IMG/VR virus record: IMGVR_UViG_3300049844_000141
Location: 1 to 29,957 of that record
Length of the DNA: 29,957 nt
DNA from: a virus
Lineage: Duplodnaviria > Caudoviricetes
Direction: 5' to 3' (one strand)
The notes beneath the pieces were generated by a model that saw nothing but the letters and a program-made list of their open reading frames with translations, did not search any database and was not told the origin of the DNA. This document shows positions 1 through 9,538 of the stretch, one piece after another (within the stretch, counting starts at the first letter, position 1; each line of letters starts with the position of its first letter). The position numbers were made by a program, and so were the translations under genes.

Positions 1-462
1 TCCAGTAACTGGGGAAACCCATGTAGCTGCTCCTGCTGAAGTAAACTCGGCTTTATGAACAGCTCTAGAGTAATAGAAATTAGATACATCAATTTTAGTT
101 GACTGTATACTATCATTTGCAATTTTTGCATTAGTAACATTTAAGTCTTTTATTTTAACTGTTTCAACTACATCAGTAGCAAGTTTTGCTGGCAAGTCAA
201 TAGCACCGTCAGCAATCTTAGCTGCCGTAACCGCATCATCTTCTATCTTAGGAGTAGTAACTGAGTTTGAAGCAAGCTTAGCAGCGGTCACTGAAGCATT
301 TACCAATTTTGAAGATGCAGTGATTCCGCCATCTTGCAAGTTATCATCGTTAAATTTGGTAATATTTGTGAATGTCTCTACATCATCTAGGAAGGCGTCT
401 AAATCGCTACCCAGTAGAATGTCACCGTCTGCATACAATCGTCTAACATCTAATTGAGCCAT
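1..462 (-). CDS. Tail fibre-like protein, N-terminal part (runs off the window)
   Basis: Not in ORF track; ATG at 462 overlaps the upstream TAA (TAATG). Reads MAQLDVRRLYADGDILLGSDLDAFLDD... open to base 1, with ~10-aa repeats (SVTAAKLA, SVTTPKIE, AVTAAKIA, NVTNAKIA) typical of phage fibre shafts. Confidence 0.75.
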   Translation of the reverse strand, partial: MAQLDVRRLYADGDILLGSDLDAFLDDVETFTNITKFNDDNLQDGGITASSKLVNASVTAAKLASNSVTTPKIEDDAVTAAKIADGAIDLPAKLATDVVETVKIKDLNVTNAKIANDSIQSTKIDVSNFYYSRAVHKAEFTSAGAATWVSPVTG

Positions 463-2285
463 TAATTATTTCCTCCAGTTATCGTTTCCTGAGCAGTATC
501 AGCTACCTCATACTCTAAAGCATAACCATAAATATCAGCTTGAGTATTAGAGCTAGTTTGCTCTATATCAATTATTATACCACGGCCATAACCGTCTATA
601 GGGGATGTAAATGGGGCAAAATGGAAGGAATTTCCTACTACAGAGGAACCTAAAACGAAGCTTACTCCTAAAAGGTCTCCTTCAGCAGTAGCATTAAATC
701 CTATAGTTTGCTCCCTATAATTATCTATTTTAACCCTAGCGATAACTGCAAAAGTAGTCTCAGGTCTAAAGAATATTGTCAGTCTTTTAAAGGCCTTAAC
801 TGAGTTAGGATTCTGGTCTGGGTAAATTACACCCGTACGCATCCTATAGTTAATAGCTGTAGAAGCATAATCATATCTATTACCATTTTGCGTCCTTATA
901 AGCCTACCATCTCTAGTGCCTATCATTAAACAAGCTTTATTTGCTAGTTGAACGCGGCCTATAGAAAGATGCTCTATTTCAGGCCATCTATACCATTTTT
1001 TAGCGATTATATCAAATAACCATATATTATCTTGGTAATTAGTAGAATCTTCTGGAATAGAGAAGGCTACTGCATTTATAGTAGGTATATAGGCTGCACT
1101 TACAAAAGGCATCCTAGAGAGTTCCCAGTCGTTAAAACTTGGTTGTATCTCAGCTGATACATATTGTGTCTCAAAATCACCATAACTTGCAGTAGTATTA
1201 AGTGAATGAATGCCTTTACTAGAAAGATACATAACATCATCTTGGTCAATAGGTACAATAGTATTTTGACTTAATATACCTAAGCCAGCTGAAAGATCAT
1301 CTATTTGAAAATTTTCTGGAGAGTCACCAAGTAACTGGTAAACCCTATCACGTTTAGCCATAATTAAACGGCCTTTAAATGGTATTAATCCTGTAACACC
1401 TACTGGATCGCCATCACCCGGTCTTATATTAAAGTAACCCGAATCACCTACTCCTATCCATTCATCGTAATATCCTGTAGAAGAGAAATGAACTCTATCT
1501 GAGTCAGTCTTGTCATTACACCATATACGGGAAAGGAATACTGCGCCAAAAGAGGCGTCTGGAGCTGTTGCATGTAAATCAGTTAAAGTAGTACCATCCC
1601 ATTTAACTGGAACGTTACCAATACCTTGCATAAATATTACTAACTGATTATTAAAAGTTATAGTACTTGCCTTGTCTATACTAATTACTCTGGCAGTTAT
1701 GCTGCCAGTACATTCTTTACGTCTACCCGAAAGGTCGTATTTAAATATTTTAGGCTGTTCAGTTACTGCAATAATTTGCTGTTCCATTGAGGCGCCATTA
1801 AAGTACCAAAAATCTGCTATATGAACTATTCCTGAGAAGCGTTCTACAGTTATTGAAGTAGTTGCCGTATTTGCTTCAGTAAACGAACTTCCCATTGTAT
1901 AAGTTAAAGTGTCGTTAGTTATTGTAGTTGTGGTTATTGAGGCAATGGCCTTCTCAGTTGCTATATAATTTGCCTCTGCTCCCGCAGTAGAAACTATATT
2001 AATTAATTCACCTGATATTAACTTATCTATTGAGGCGCTTGTTAATGCTGCATCAAATACTAACGTCCTAGTTGTACCAGAGGAACTTCTAGAGATGACA
2101 TTAGGTACATCTGAAAGGGCGTCAAAATAATTAAATCCTTCACGCTTTTTCTTTATACCTGCAGAAGTAAATGTAACATTATCACAAATTGTAAAATCTG
2201 ACGGCGGTAAAACTCCAGCATCTACTGAAGTATTTACTCCGCCTGACCATGGAATCTGTTGGAAAAGTTGTGTACGTTTAGGCAT
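462..2285 (-). CDS. Tail nozzle / head-stabilisation protein (P22 gp10 or T7 tubular B-like, beta-propeller)
   Basis: 607 aa; N-terminal WSGGVNT...DNV motif, propeller-like repeats (RVHFSS...W, VTGLIPFKGRLI), C-terminal KAFKRLTI and GRGIIIDI; position downstream of the adaptor gene. Confidence 0.75.
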   Translation of the reverse strand: MPKRTQLFQQIPWSGGVNTSVDAGVLPPSDFTICDNVTFTSAGIKKKREGFNYFDALSDVPNVISRSSSGTTRTLVFDAALTSASIDKLISGELINIVSTAGAEANYIATEKAIASITTTTITNDTLTYTMGSSFTEANTATTSITVERFSGIVHIADFWYFNGASMEQQIIAVTEQPKIFKYDLSGRRKECTGSITARVISIDKASTITFNNQLVIFMQGIGNVPVKWDGTTLTDLHATAPDASFGAVFLSRIWCNDKTDSDRVHFSSTGYYDEWIGVGDSGYFNIRPGDGDPVGVTGLIPFKGRLIMAKRDRVYQLLGDSPENFQIDDLSAGLGILSQNTIVPIDQDDVMYLSSKGIHSLNTTASYGDFETQYVSAEIQPSFNDWELSRMPFVSAAYIPTINAVAFSIPEDSTNYQDNIWLFDIIAKKWYRWPEIEHLSIGRVQLANKACLMIGTRDGRLIRTQNGNRYDYASTAINYRMRTGVIYPDQNPNSVKAFKRLTIFFRPETTFAVIARVKIDNYREQTIGFNATAEGDLLGVSFVLGSSVVGNSFHFAPFTSPIDGYGRGIIIDIEQTSSNTQADIYGYALEYEVADTAQETITGGNN

Positions 2286-4822
2286 TAGAATGCTCCGCTA
2301 GTTATAGCAAATGAGTGTTCTGTAGCTGCGCCAAGTGCAGACCAGCCAGCGGCTGCTCTTAAAGTAAGTACTTGTCCAGTAGCTAAATAGATACTTCCAG
2401 CGCCTTGACCAAATGATGCTGTAGAGGCTGCTCCAATTACTTTTACTTTTGATCCGTTTACACTTAGATAAAATTTAGTATTTCCTGCAATATTAGAATC
2501 AATAAAGAAGTCCACTTTATAAAAATCATTTCTAGCTGCTGTAAATTCACCTGTACTTACATTATAAGAACCATGTGTGTTTTGCGCCATAGTTGAAAAT
2601 ACAATTGGAGTATCAGCAGTATAGCTAGAGTTTGGTGCTCCAGATGCGATTGCTATAATTCTTTCGCCTGCAGATATTTGTTGAGCGCCTGAAATTAACT
2701 CGATATTTAAAGAACTATTAGCACTTACATCTCTAGTTGCAGCTACAATTCTAACTGTGATTACATCATTAACAGCGCACTCTACTAGACCGCTATACCC
2801 AGTTCCACCATTTGAATTCAAATTTCCAACAACTGAGTAAGAGGAACCATTTTTATATATATGTACACGTTCTCCACCTGTACCATTGGTCTCCATTCCT
2901 CCATGAACTTTATAGATACCTGCTACTTTTACAGTATATTCACCTGTAGTTGGATTATAAGCACCGAGAGTGTCTTTAACAACTGTAGGCCATATAATTG
3001 TAGCTCCACTTGCTGCAGATGCAGGGTCACCCTGGGCTATTAAAGCGACAGCTCTTCCATCATATTCAGATAGTACCTTAGAGTCACTTGACCAACCTGA
3101 TATTGGTACAGAAAACTCAACCACTGTATCAGCATTATTACTTAAATTCACAGAAGGATTGGTTGGTACAAGGCTAGCACTATTCGTGAAATTATTTCCC
3201 ATATATACTAATAGTGTTGATGTACTAGTAGCTGTAACTATTGGAGTATGCTGATTTGCTCCAACTGTAGTTAGTGTTCCAACAATTGGACCATCACCTG
3301 CTGATGTATTTGCTAAAGGTAAAGCTGCCGAGTCTATTGTTAAACCAGACGGCAAAGTGAATGTACCCAAAGCTGCTGTACAAGTACCAGTTACAAATGA
3401 TCCACTTACATCAAGCATCTTTCCATTTCTTTTGTAGAAAAAGGATACTCCCGTAACAGAACCAAACCCAGCACTTATTGTTGGCGTATACGAAGCCCAA
3501 TCAGTGCTTATAGGTGAGTAACCTAAGTGAGAGGAAGGACCTAGTTTAGCTTCGAACTTCATTGTATAACCACTGTTAGTAGTTGCTTGATGAATTAAAA
3601 GTCTATAACTAGTAGATGATGTTGCATTAAAAGAGAATACTTGTTTATTATTTATAGTACTATTTTTAATTCCGCTAACAGGACTTGCATAAATTAATGT
3701 AGAGTTTGTAACATCATATAAATAAACAGTTAGGTCACCATCTATATAACTACCACTATTAACTTCTAAAGATAATTCACAATTAAGCGTTTTATATCTA
3801 TCTTCTCTATCTAAAGTAAATGTATAAGCTGCACCTTCGCCTAGAGCTGAGTGAGGCGTAAATATATAAGATTTTATACCGGTTAGAGGGTTAGTTGAAC
3901 TTACAGTTACCGTCGCGCTAGTCGTTCCTGAAATACCATCAACAGGGATTACGCTCGCATCATCATACATTACCCAGGAATTAGTTGCCTCTGCATCCCC
4001 ATCAGTTAGGTAATTTTTACTGCCACCACTGCCTGAACCTACAGCAACTAAATTAGTTCCATTATCTATATAGGCTTTAGTTAAATCAGTACTATAAACA
4101 ATAGTACCTTCTTTTCTAGTTAAAGCATCTAAGTTTGCCTTAGTATCTTTAGGTAAAGTAATACGTCTAGAATTAGAGGCGGTGCCTCCATCAATATCTT
4201 TATTTGTTATAACTTGTGCAGCACTGTCTAATACTACGTTAGTATTTGAAGCGCCTGGAGTTAAAGTAGCAATTCCTGCCGAGTTTGGAGCAAGTAGTTG
4301 CCAAGAGTTCCTATCAGTAGAAGTTTGTATGTATCCAGTAGATACACCATTTTCCTCAACCTCTATACCAGAAGAGAAGCCAGAGGCTGCGCCTCCGCCA
4401 TCATTAATTGTAATTAATTTATCAGAAACATTTAAATTAGTAACTGCATTATTATTTACAGTACCTGTAATATTTACAGTAGTATCAGCTCCGCCAATAT
4501 TTACAACATTAGTACCTGTACCTGTGCCAATATTTACTGTGGAATTTGAGTTGGAAGTAGCTATATCTACTGTAGTAGCAGCGCCAGTATTTACAGCGCT
4601 TGAAGGTATATTTGAAAAGGTATTACTTGAACCACTTATAGATTTATTAGTAAGTGTTTGTGTACCATCTTCACTTACCATGCTTCTAGTAGCTGAATTA
4701 TCTCTTACTTCCAATTTATTAGAAGTTGAATTGTATCCAATATCCCCAGCATCTGAGAGGCTTGGACTTGTTTGAGGCTCAATATGTAACGACTTTTTTA
4801 TCTTAAATGAATCTGTGCTCAT
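2285..4822 (-). CDS. Tail fibre / receptor-binding protein
   Basis: 845 aa Ser/Thr/Gly-rich; QTLTNK shaft motifs, carbohydrate-binding-like segment (KNYLTDGDAE), gp53-like TDWASYTPTI segment and two C1q/TNF-like C-terminal modules (YNPTTGEYTV; YNVSTGEFTA). Confidence 0.8.
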   Translation of the reverse strand: MSTDSFKIKKSLHIEPQTSPSLSDAGDIGYNSTSNKLEVRDNSATRSMVSEDGTQTLTNKSISGSSNTFSNIPSSAVNTGAATTVDIATSNSNSTVNIGTGTGTNVVNIGGADTTVNITGTVNNNAVTNLNVSDKLITINDGGGAASGFSSGIEVEENGVSTGYIQTSTDRNSWQLLAPNSAGIATLTPGASNTNVVLDSAAQVITNKDIDGGTASNSRRITLPKDTKANLDALTRKEGTIVYSTDLTKAYIDNGTNLVAVGSGSGGSKNYLTDGDAEATNSWVMYDDASVIPVDGISGTTSATVTVSSTNPLTGIKSYIFTPHSALGEGAAYTFTLDREDRYKTLNCELSLEVNSGSYIDGDLTVYLYDVTNSTLIYASPVSGIKNSTINNKQVFSFNATSSTSYRLLIHQATTNSGYTMKFEAKLGPSSHLGYSPISTDWASYTPTISAGFGSVTGVSFFYKRNGKMLDVSGSFVTGTCTAALGTFTLPSGLTIDSAALPLANTSAGDGPIVGTLTTVGANQHTPIVTATSTSTLLVYMGNNFTNSASLVPTNPSVNLSNNADTVVEFSVPISGWSSDSKVLSEYDGRAVALIAQGDPASAASGATIIWPTVVKDTLGAYNPTTGEYTVKVAGIYKVHGGMETNGTGGERVHIYKNGSSYSVVGNLNSNGGTGYSGLVECAVNDVITVRIVAATRDVSANSSLNIELISGAQQISAGERIIAIASGAPNSSYTADTPIVFSTMAQNTHGSYNVSTGEFTAARNDFYKVDFFIDSNIAGNTKFYLSVNGSKVKVIGAASTASFGQGAGSIYLATGQVLTLRAAAGWSALGAATEHSFAITSGAF

Positions 4823-4847
4823 TAGTTTTACCTTCCTTCACTATCCG

Positions 4848-6566
4848 TTAGGCTAACCATTTCTTAACTGTCCACTTCATTATACCATTAGTACCAGTAC
4901 TAGTAGACGTATATAGTAATCTTAAATTTCCTGTATTTACATCAGCTGTAAATGTGATGCCTAAGGTGCCTAAGGAAGCAACGGCTCCTTGGGCAAGGGC
5001 TACAGAGGTTCCATCAGAAGCTAACATAATAAGGCCTCTTTCAATATTTGCTGACCCTCTAGTAATCGTATACTCTATTTGTACACTATTGTAAGTAGCT
5101 ACTACCCAACTTGCACTAGGCACTAAAGTAGCTGCTCCAGTATTATCAGTTAATGTAGAAGAGGTTAATCCGCTTATATATGCTAACCCTGCTAAATCTG
5201 ATTCAGAGAAAGCTGATTCTGATAGGATACCAGTACCATCATTTATTATAATTTTATCAGCTGTACCTGAGGCAATTTTGTTTCTAGCAATTGCAGCTCC
5301 AATACCTATGTTTATATCAGCTATGTTTGTAATAGTATTATTACTAGAATTTATAGTTTTATTAGTTAGAGTTTGTGTAGAAGTATCACCAACTACTGAA
5401 GCGCCTCCAGTTAGTCCATGTACGTCAGCAGAGGCTGCAATATGGGCATCTAATGACGCGCCATCTACTGAGATATCCCTACCATCAATAGTTATACTTG
5501 GATTAACTGTAAAGTTACCTGTAACAGTAGCTCTATTTATAGTTACGTCTTGTAAGAACGACGGCGCTGAATAGGAACTGCTGCTACCTGAGGGTGTAGA
5601 GGTTCTCCTACCAAATCCAGCAATTCTAGAACCTCGTTTTGCATTAATGTAAGTAGATTGAGGCTCTATTCTAGGCTTATCTAAAGTATCTTGTATCTTA
5701 CCCATCATACGAGCAAGTTTTGCATCGAACAATTGGCGGTTACGCATTGCCTCTTCAGGATTACGTCCTATAGATCCCCAAGCTAAGCTTAGAGCGCCAT
5801 AGAATAAAACTATTCTATCTTCAATAGGCATTAATGGTTCATCACCATCAGCATCTAAGGCATTTACTTCTTTAATGTAATCTACTTTTAATATAGTGTT
5901 GCCATTGTAGATAGCTGGATGTATTTTAAGCATCCTATATCTATCTGATTCCAACTCGCTATCACCTGTAGAAGGATCTTCAAAATCATATGTAGAATAT
6001 AGTTGTGGACGCCCCTCTAATTTAGGTTTTTGCGCCTGTATTTTACGAAGCTCTTGCAGTCCTTTAGCTTCCATAGTGTCATTCATATACTCATGCCAAA
6101 CTTCTACAGTTTCACGGCAATCAGTAGGAAGAACCACATAATCTTTCCAAAATTTAAAATTTGCTGCCGCATTTAAATCAGTATTAAATGGTCTATCAAT
6201 AGTTACTGCAGTACTTAAAGCAGTATGTGCTGTAACTGTGTAAATATCGGATTTTCCATCTACTGAAAATTTCCATCCTAATAAACTTCCAGTATCGCCT
6301 TCTGTGGCACTAGGTGCTACTGAGAGGGTTACTGAAGTACTTAGAGGCGTTACTGAGGCTGTTCCTGAAGCATAATACTTTTTGGTTGTTAAAGCTGTAT
6401 GTCCACTTAGCCACCACCAACGCGCCGCCGGTACTACCTCATCAATATACATCATATTAACCATACGTTTAATACGATTAAGGGTAGTCAAGTCATTCAT
6501 TTGTATCTTAAGCTCTTCAGCAATAGCTGTTTGTATATCTAAGAAATCCAGTAATTTATAAGCCAT
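4848..6566 (-). CDS. Head-tail adaptor (tubular protein A-like) fused to a fibre-like C-terminal region
   Basis: N-terminal ~310 aa has adaptor-like pattern (DIQTAIAEEL, WWWL, YVVLPTDC, DEPLMP...LFYGAL); Ser-rich linker; then QTLTNKTI shaft motifs and a beta-rich terminal domain. Confidence 0.65.
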   Translation of the reverse strand: MAYKLLDFLDIQTAIAEELKIQMNDLTTLNRIKRMVNMMYIDEVVPAARWWWLSGHTALTTKKYYASGTASVTPLSTSVTLSVAPSATEGDTGSLLGWKFSVDGKSDIYTVTAHTALSTAVTIDRPFNTDLNAAANFKFWKDYVVLPTDCRETVEVWHEYMNDTMEAKGLQELRKIQAQKPKLEGRPQLYSTYDFEDPSTGDSELESDRYRMLKIHPAIYNGNTILKVDYIKEVNALDADGDEPLMPIEDRIVLFYGALSLAWGSIGRNPEEAMRNRQLFDAKLARMMGKIQDTLDKPRIEPQSTYINAKRGSRIAGFGRRTSTPSGSSSSYSAPSFLQDVTINRATVTGNFTVNPSITIDGRDISVDGASLDAHIAASADVHGLTGGASVVGDTSTQTLTNKTINSSNNTITNIADINIGIGAAIARNKIASGTADKIIINDGTGILSESAFSESDLAGLAYISGLTSSTLTDNTGAATLVPSASWVVATYNSVQIEYTITRGSANIERGLIMLASDGTSVALAQGAVASLGTLGITFTADVNTGNLRLLYTSTSTGTNGIMKWTVKKWLA

Positions 6567-6871
6567 TATGCGTTAGCTCCTTCCGAAGTTAAAACTAAAG
6601 TTAAATGGCAATTTGCTGAAAGTACAGAGCAATGAATGCCAGCATTAAAAACCATTGGCTTAGAAGAGAAGTCTAAGTAAATTAACTTACGAGCGCCTTC
6701 TCCGTGAAGCGTTATTTTTATTGGGTCAGTATTTGCCGTACCATCCCTTAAAACCACTTCATCATTTGTATTAGATGGGCAAAATACTATGTAGGCAATT
6801 TTTGTCCTACCAGTAACCAGTTGACCAGTAGTATCAGTATATACGCTTCCACTTTGGTAAACTATAGCCAT
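6566..6871 (-). CDS. Small beta-rich virion protein, probable paralogue of 11649..11915
   Basis: SVYTDTTG and KIAYIVF resemble VIYVDTTG and TICYVKY; GAGGGG RBS; coupled to the adaptor gene. Confidence 0.6.
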   Translation of the reverse strand: MAIVYQSGSVYTDTTGQLVTGRTKIAYIVFCPSNTNDEVVLRDGTANTDPIKITLHGEGARKLIYLDFSSKPMVFNAGIHCSVLSANCHLTLVLTSEGANA

Positions 6872-6881
6872 TTAGCCCCCT

Positions 6882-7034
6882 CTAACCAGTAATTATTATA
6901 ACATATGCTAGAAAGGCTACATTTATGGCTAAACTGATAAATAGAGCTGCTTTTTTAAGCCTATAACCCCATTTACGACGCTTTACATGCTCTTTCTTCT
7001 CTATAGGGTTACCTGAGTAGTATAATTTAGCCAT
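6882..7034 (-). CDS. 50-aa basic protein with C-terminal transmembrane helix
   Basis: Below ORF-track cutoff; MAKLYYSGNPIEKKEHVKRRKWGYRLKKAALFISLAINVAFLAYVIIITG; fills the gap exactly, ATG abuts the upstream stop. Confidence 0.7.
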   Translation of the reverse strand: MAKLYYSGNPIEKKEHVKRRKWGYRLKKAALFISLAINVAFLAYVIIITG

Positions 7035-7511
7035 TTAAAGCGCATTCTCTATATCTGTTAGGCGTTGTACTAGTACAGTTTTACGGGCCTCATTTAAGAA
7101 TGGGTCCATTTCAGGGGTAAGTTGGATGGCTTGTAACTCTGATTTAGCTTTAGCTATATATGAGTTCTGGCCATATAAGCAAACTGGCTGCATTGCCTCA
7201 CAGATAAGTTGTAGTTTATTAGCCTCTACTATACCTAGTATATTATTCTCAGTAATAAACTCCTCAATAAAGACTTCAAATAAATCTTTAGCTTTTCTAA
7301 CTTTTCTTCTAATTACTGTAGGTGAGCTAGCATAATCATGAGCGTCTATTAAATTATTTAATGTTAATTGATCAGCATTAGAAAGTTCATTTATAAAAAG
7401 GCAAGTTACGCTTGTAGGTGATACTGAGAGGCCGTCAAAACCTGGCAATACTAAAAGTTCTGAATGTAATTGTGCTGGGTCTATTAATTTATTAAAGGTA
7501 TATTGAGCCAT
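7035..7511 (-). CDS. Fibre assembly chaperone-like protein
   Basis: Start moved from 7553 to ATG 7511 (AGGAGG RBS, MAQYTF...). N-terminal alpha/beta part followed by a helical part; follows a fibre-tip-like gene. Confidence 0.5.
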   Translation of the reverse strand: MAQYTFNKLIDPAQLHSELLVLPGFDGLSVSPTSVTCLFINELSNADQLTLNNLIDAHDYASSPTVIRRKVRKAKDLFEVFIEEFITENNILGIVEANKLQLICEAMQPVCLYGQNSYIAKAKSELQAIQLTPEMDPFLNEARKTVLVQRLTDIENAL

Positions 7512-7515
7512 ACTA

Positions 7516-8013
7516 TTAACCTCCTTTATGAGTAACCATTGTACGAGTTCCAACAGTAAATGTACCGCCAGAAGTTTTAAATCTAATATCTACTGTTTGT
7601 GTGGATGCTATTGTAAATGCGCAGATTGTTTGAATAGTTTGGGTAAGATCATGCGTGTGTGAAGAGACGTTATGGAAACTTCTAGTTGAATTTGTATCTT
7701 CTGTACCATTTATAAATACTGCAAAAGTTGCGGTTACTCCAGAACCAGTTTGGGTTCCTGTGGCGCTAAACCATAAGCAGTATGTACCAGCTGCAAGTGA
7801 TACTGACATATCATTGATGGCTGCATAAGTTGAAGAGGTTGTGGCGTGGTTAGTTGATCCATTATTTTCTGAATATGTTGCAGAAATGGTTCTAACTGAT
7901 CCATCATCTAACTTGAAAGCAAAGTCTCCGCTAGAATCAACATACATTGTAGCAAAACCACCTGCAGGTGTATCTGGAGCAGATGCTTGTTCTTTAAATG
8001 TAATCCATGACAT
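7516..8013 (-). CDS. Short fibre/spike protein with C-terminal beta-sandwich
   Basis: APDTPAGG...MYVDSSG fibre motif, AAGTYCLWFSA BclA/C1q-like sheet, HTH motif; AAGGAG RBS. Confidence 0.6.
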   Translation of the reverse strand: MSWITFKEQASAPDTPAGGFATMYVDSSGDFAFKLDDGSVRTISATYSENNGSTNHATTSSTYAAINDMSVSLAAGTYCLWFSATGTQTGSGVTATFAVFINGTEDTNSTRSFHNVSSHTHDLTQTIQTICAFTIASTQTVDIRFKTSGGTFTVGTRTMVTHKGG

Positions 8014-8025
8014 ATTTAAAACTCC

Positions 8026-8661
8026 TTATATAAGTAAAATTTCCGAATCATCTACAATTACTACTTCAAAACCATCCTCAATTTTCCAATCATGCTTTAA
8101 TCTAATAAAACCCGGTACAGTTTCTTCATACACTCCAGTGGATCTTTTTATATCCGCATGTGATAGTGGATCTGGTTGAACTCCTGCAACAAAGGGATGC
8201 GTATGGAATAGATCTGTAGTTACTGCTCCTACTAATTGTCCGTTTAACTCATTCCAAGTAAAAGTAATAGTATGTGTATGCGCTGTACCTGTAGAAGTAT
8301 CACTAGAAGTTTTTACTATAGAGCTTACTACTCCCATCATTAAGGAATCGAGTTCACTAGGTGTTATATATGAGGTATGTACGTGATTTGAGCCTCCACC
8401 TTTAGAAAGAAATATAGGAACAGTAACATCGCGCATTTCTAATAACGCTAACCCTGCTAAAGGCTTTAATGTTGATACATCGTCTTTAACTACTATATTT
8501 CCATTACTTAAATTGCTTAATATCTCTGTTAAAACATCCGAAGATGCCCATAAAGAATAATCTTGTGTCGGAATTGTATAATCAGTAGCAGGTTGTAAAG
8601 TAACTCCTGTACTTGCAACTGCTATAGCTGTACCTGTTGTATTTCTTAATTTTTTTACCAT
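8026..8661 (-). CDS. Virion structural protein with three HxH motifs
   Basis: NHVHT, AHTHT, FHTHP; translationally coupled in the structural operon. Confidence 0.6.
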   Translation of the reverse strand: MVKKLRNTTGTAIAVASTGVTLQPATDYTIPTQDYSLWASSDVLTEILSNLSNGNIVVKDDVSTLKPLAGLALLEMRDVTVPIFLSKGGGSNHVHTSYITPSELDSLMMGVVSSIVKTSSDTSTGTAHTHTITFTWNELNGQLVGAVTTDLFHTHPFVAGVQPDPLSHADIKRSTGVYEETVPGFIRLKHDWKIEDGFEVVIVDDSEILLI

Positions 8662-9143
8662 TAAGTAGTACCTCTTAACTCAAGTCCACATACTATATTT
8701 TTAGGCGCATTAGCTGAATCAGTTGCCACTCTTACAGCAATCTGTTTACTAGTAGCTACTGCCCAGTCTACATCAAATGCGCCACCTAAGGCACTGGTTA
8801 CTGTAATAGTACCCAAAGAAGTTAAATTTGCACCACTTCCATCATGGGATAATATATCTATTTTATAAGTTGTAGAAGTTTCATTTGAAACAAATACTTT
8901 TTTAACTGCGGCGTTACCTATGTATACCCATCTTCCAGAAATGTTTGAGGGTACGCTTTCACATTGTAGGAAGGTACCTGCAGTTGCTACGCCACTTCTA
9001 CCAAAAGAAAAGCCAGGAGACGCTGAAGTATTTACAGCAGCTTTTGCTTCTTCAATACCCGCTTGCGTATCAGTTGCGGTAAATCCATTTGTCGAATTAT
9101 CAAATGGTACAGATTTTGCTACAGGTGTTAAGGAGACTACCAT
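8661..9143 (-). CDS. Head-fibre-like structural protein
   Basis: AKSVPFDNSTNGFTATDTQAGIEE resembles a common fibre trimerisation motif, followed by a beta-sandwich. Confidence 0.55.
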   Translation of the reverse strand: MVVSLTPVAKSVPFDNSTNGFTATDTQAGIEEAKAAVNTSASPGFSFGRSGVATAGTFLQCESVPSNISGRWVYIGNAAVKKVFVSNETSTTYKIDILSHDGSGANLTSLGTITVTSALGGAFDVDWAVATSKQIAVRVATDSANAPKNIVCGLELRGTT

Positions 9144-9535
9144 TAAGATCCCTCAACAATTCTCACATCTGCCGTTCCACCTGAAGAAATTATATATACA
9201 TTGACTAAATCACTTACAGAAAGTGAAAGCATTTGTGCTCTGAATATTGGTGTTCCATTACTTGTACTCACTGATGAATTATATCCCCAGTAAATATCTT
9301 TGTCAATAGGCATTATTGTAAGGAACTTACGATTAGATAGGTTTGACCCACCTACTTTGGCAATAGTTGCCGTACTTACAGAAAGGTTACCACTTAATAA
9401 GGCGTTATTTATTAAGTCTCTAGTATTGAGGTCGCCATTAGCTGAAGAAGAGACTGGAGTTTGTTCAACCCCAGACCCATCTGAGCCAATAATCTTAGTG
9501 AATTGAGCTGAGTTTAAATCACTCAAGTCAGCCAT
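9143..9535 (-). CDS. Small beta-sandwich virion protein, probable paralogue of 11328..11645
   Basis: IYWGYNSSVSTSNGTPI resembles IALGGSTVTTSTGVEI. Confidence 0.55.
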   Translation of the reverse strand: MADLSDLNSAQFTKIIGSDGSGVEQTPVSSSANGDLNTRDLINNALLSGNLSVSTATIAKVGGSNLSNRKFLTIMPIDKDIYWGYNSSVSTSNGTPIFRAQMLSLSVSDLVNVYIISSGGTADVRIVEGS

Positions 9536-9538
9536 TTA

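Noticed and set aside
6895-6903. Perfect extended -10 TGTTATAAT upstream of 6566..6871
   Set aside because: Lies inside the 50-aa membrane ORF (Tyr-Val-Ile-Ile codons) and lacks a -35; can be explained by coding, though not excluded.
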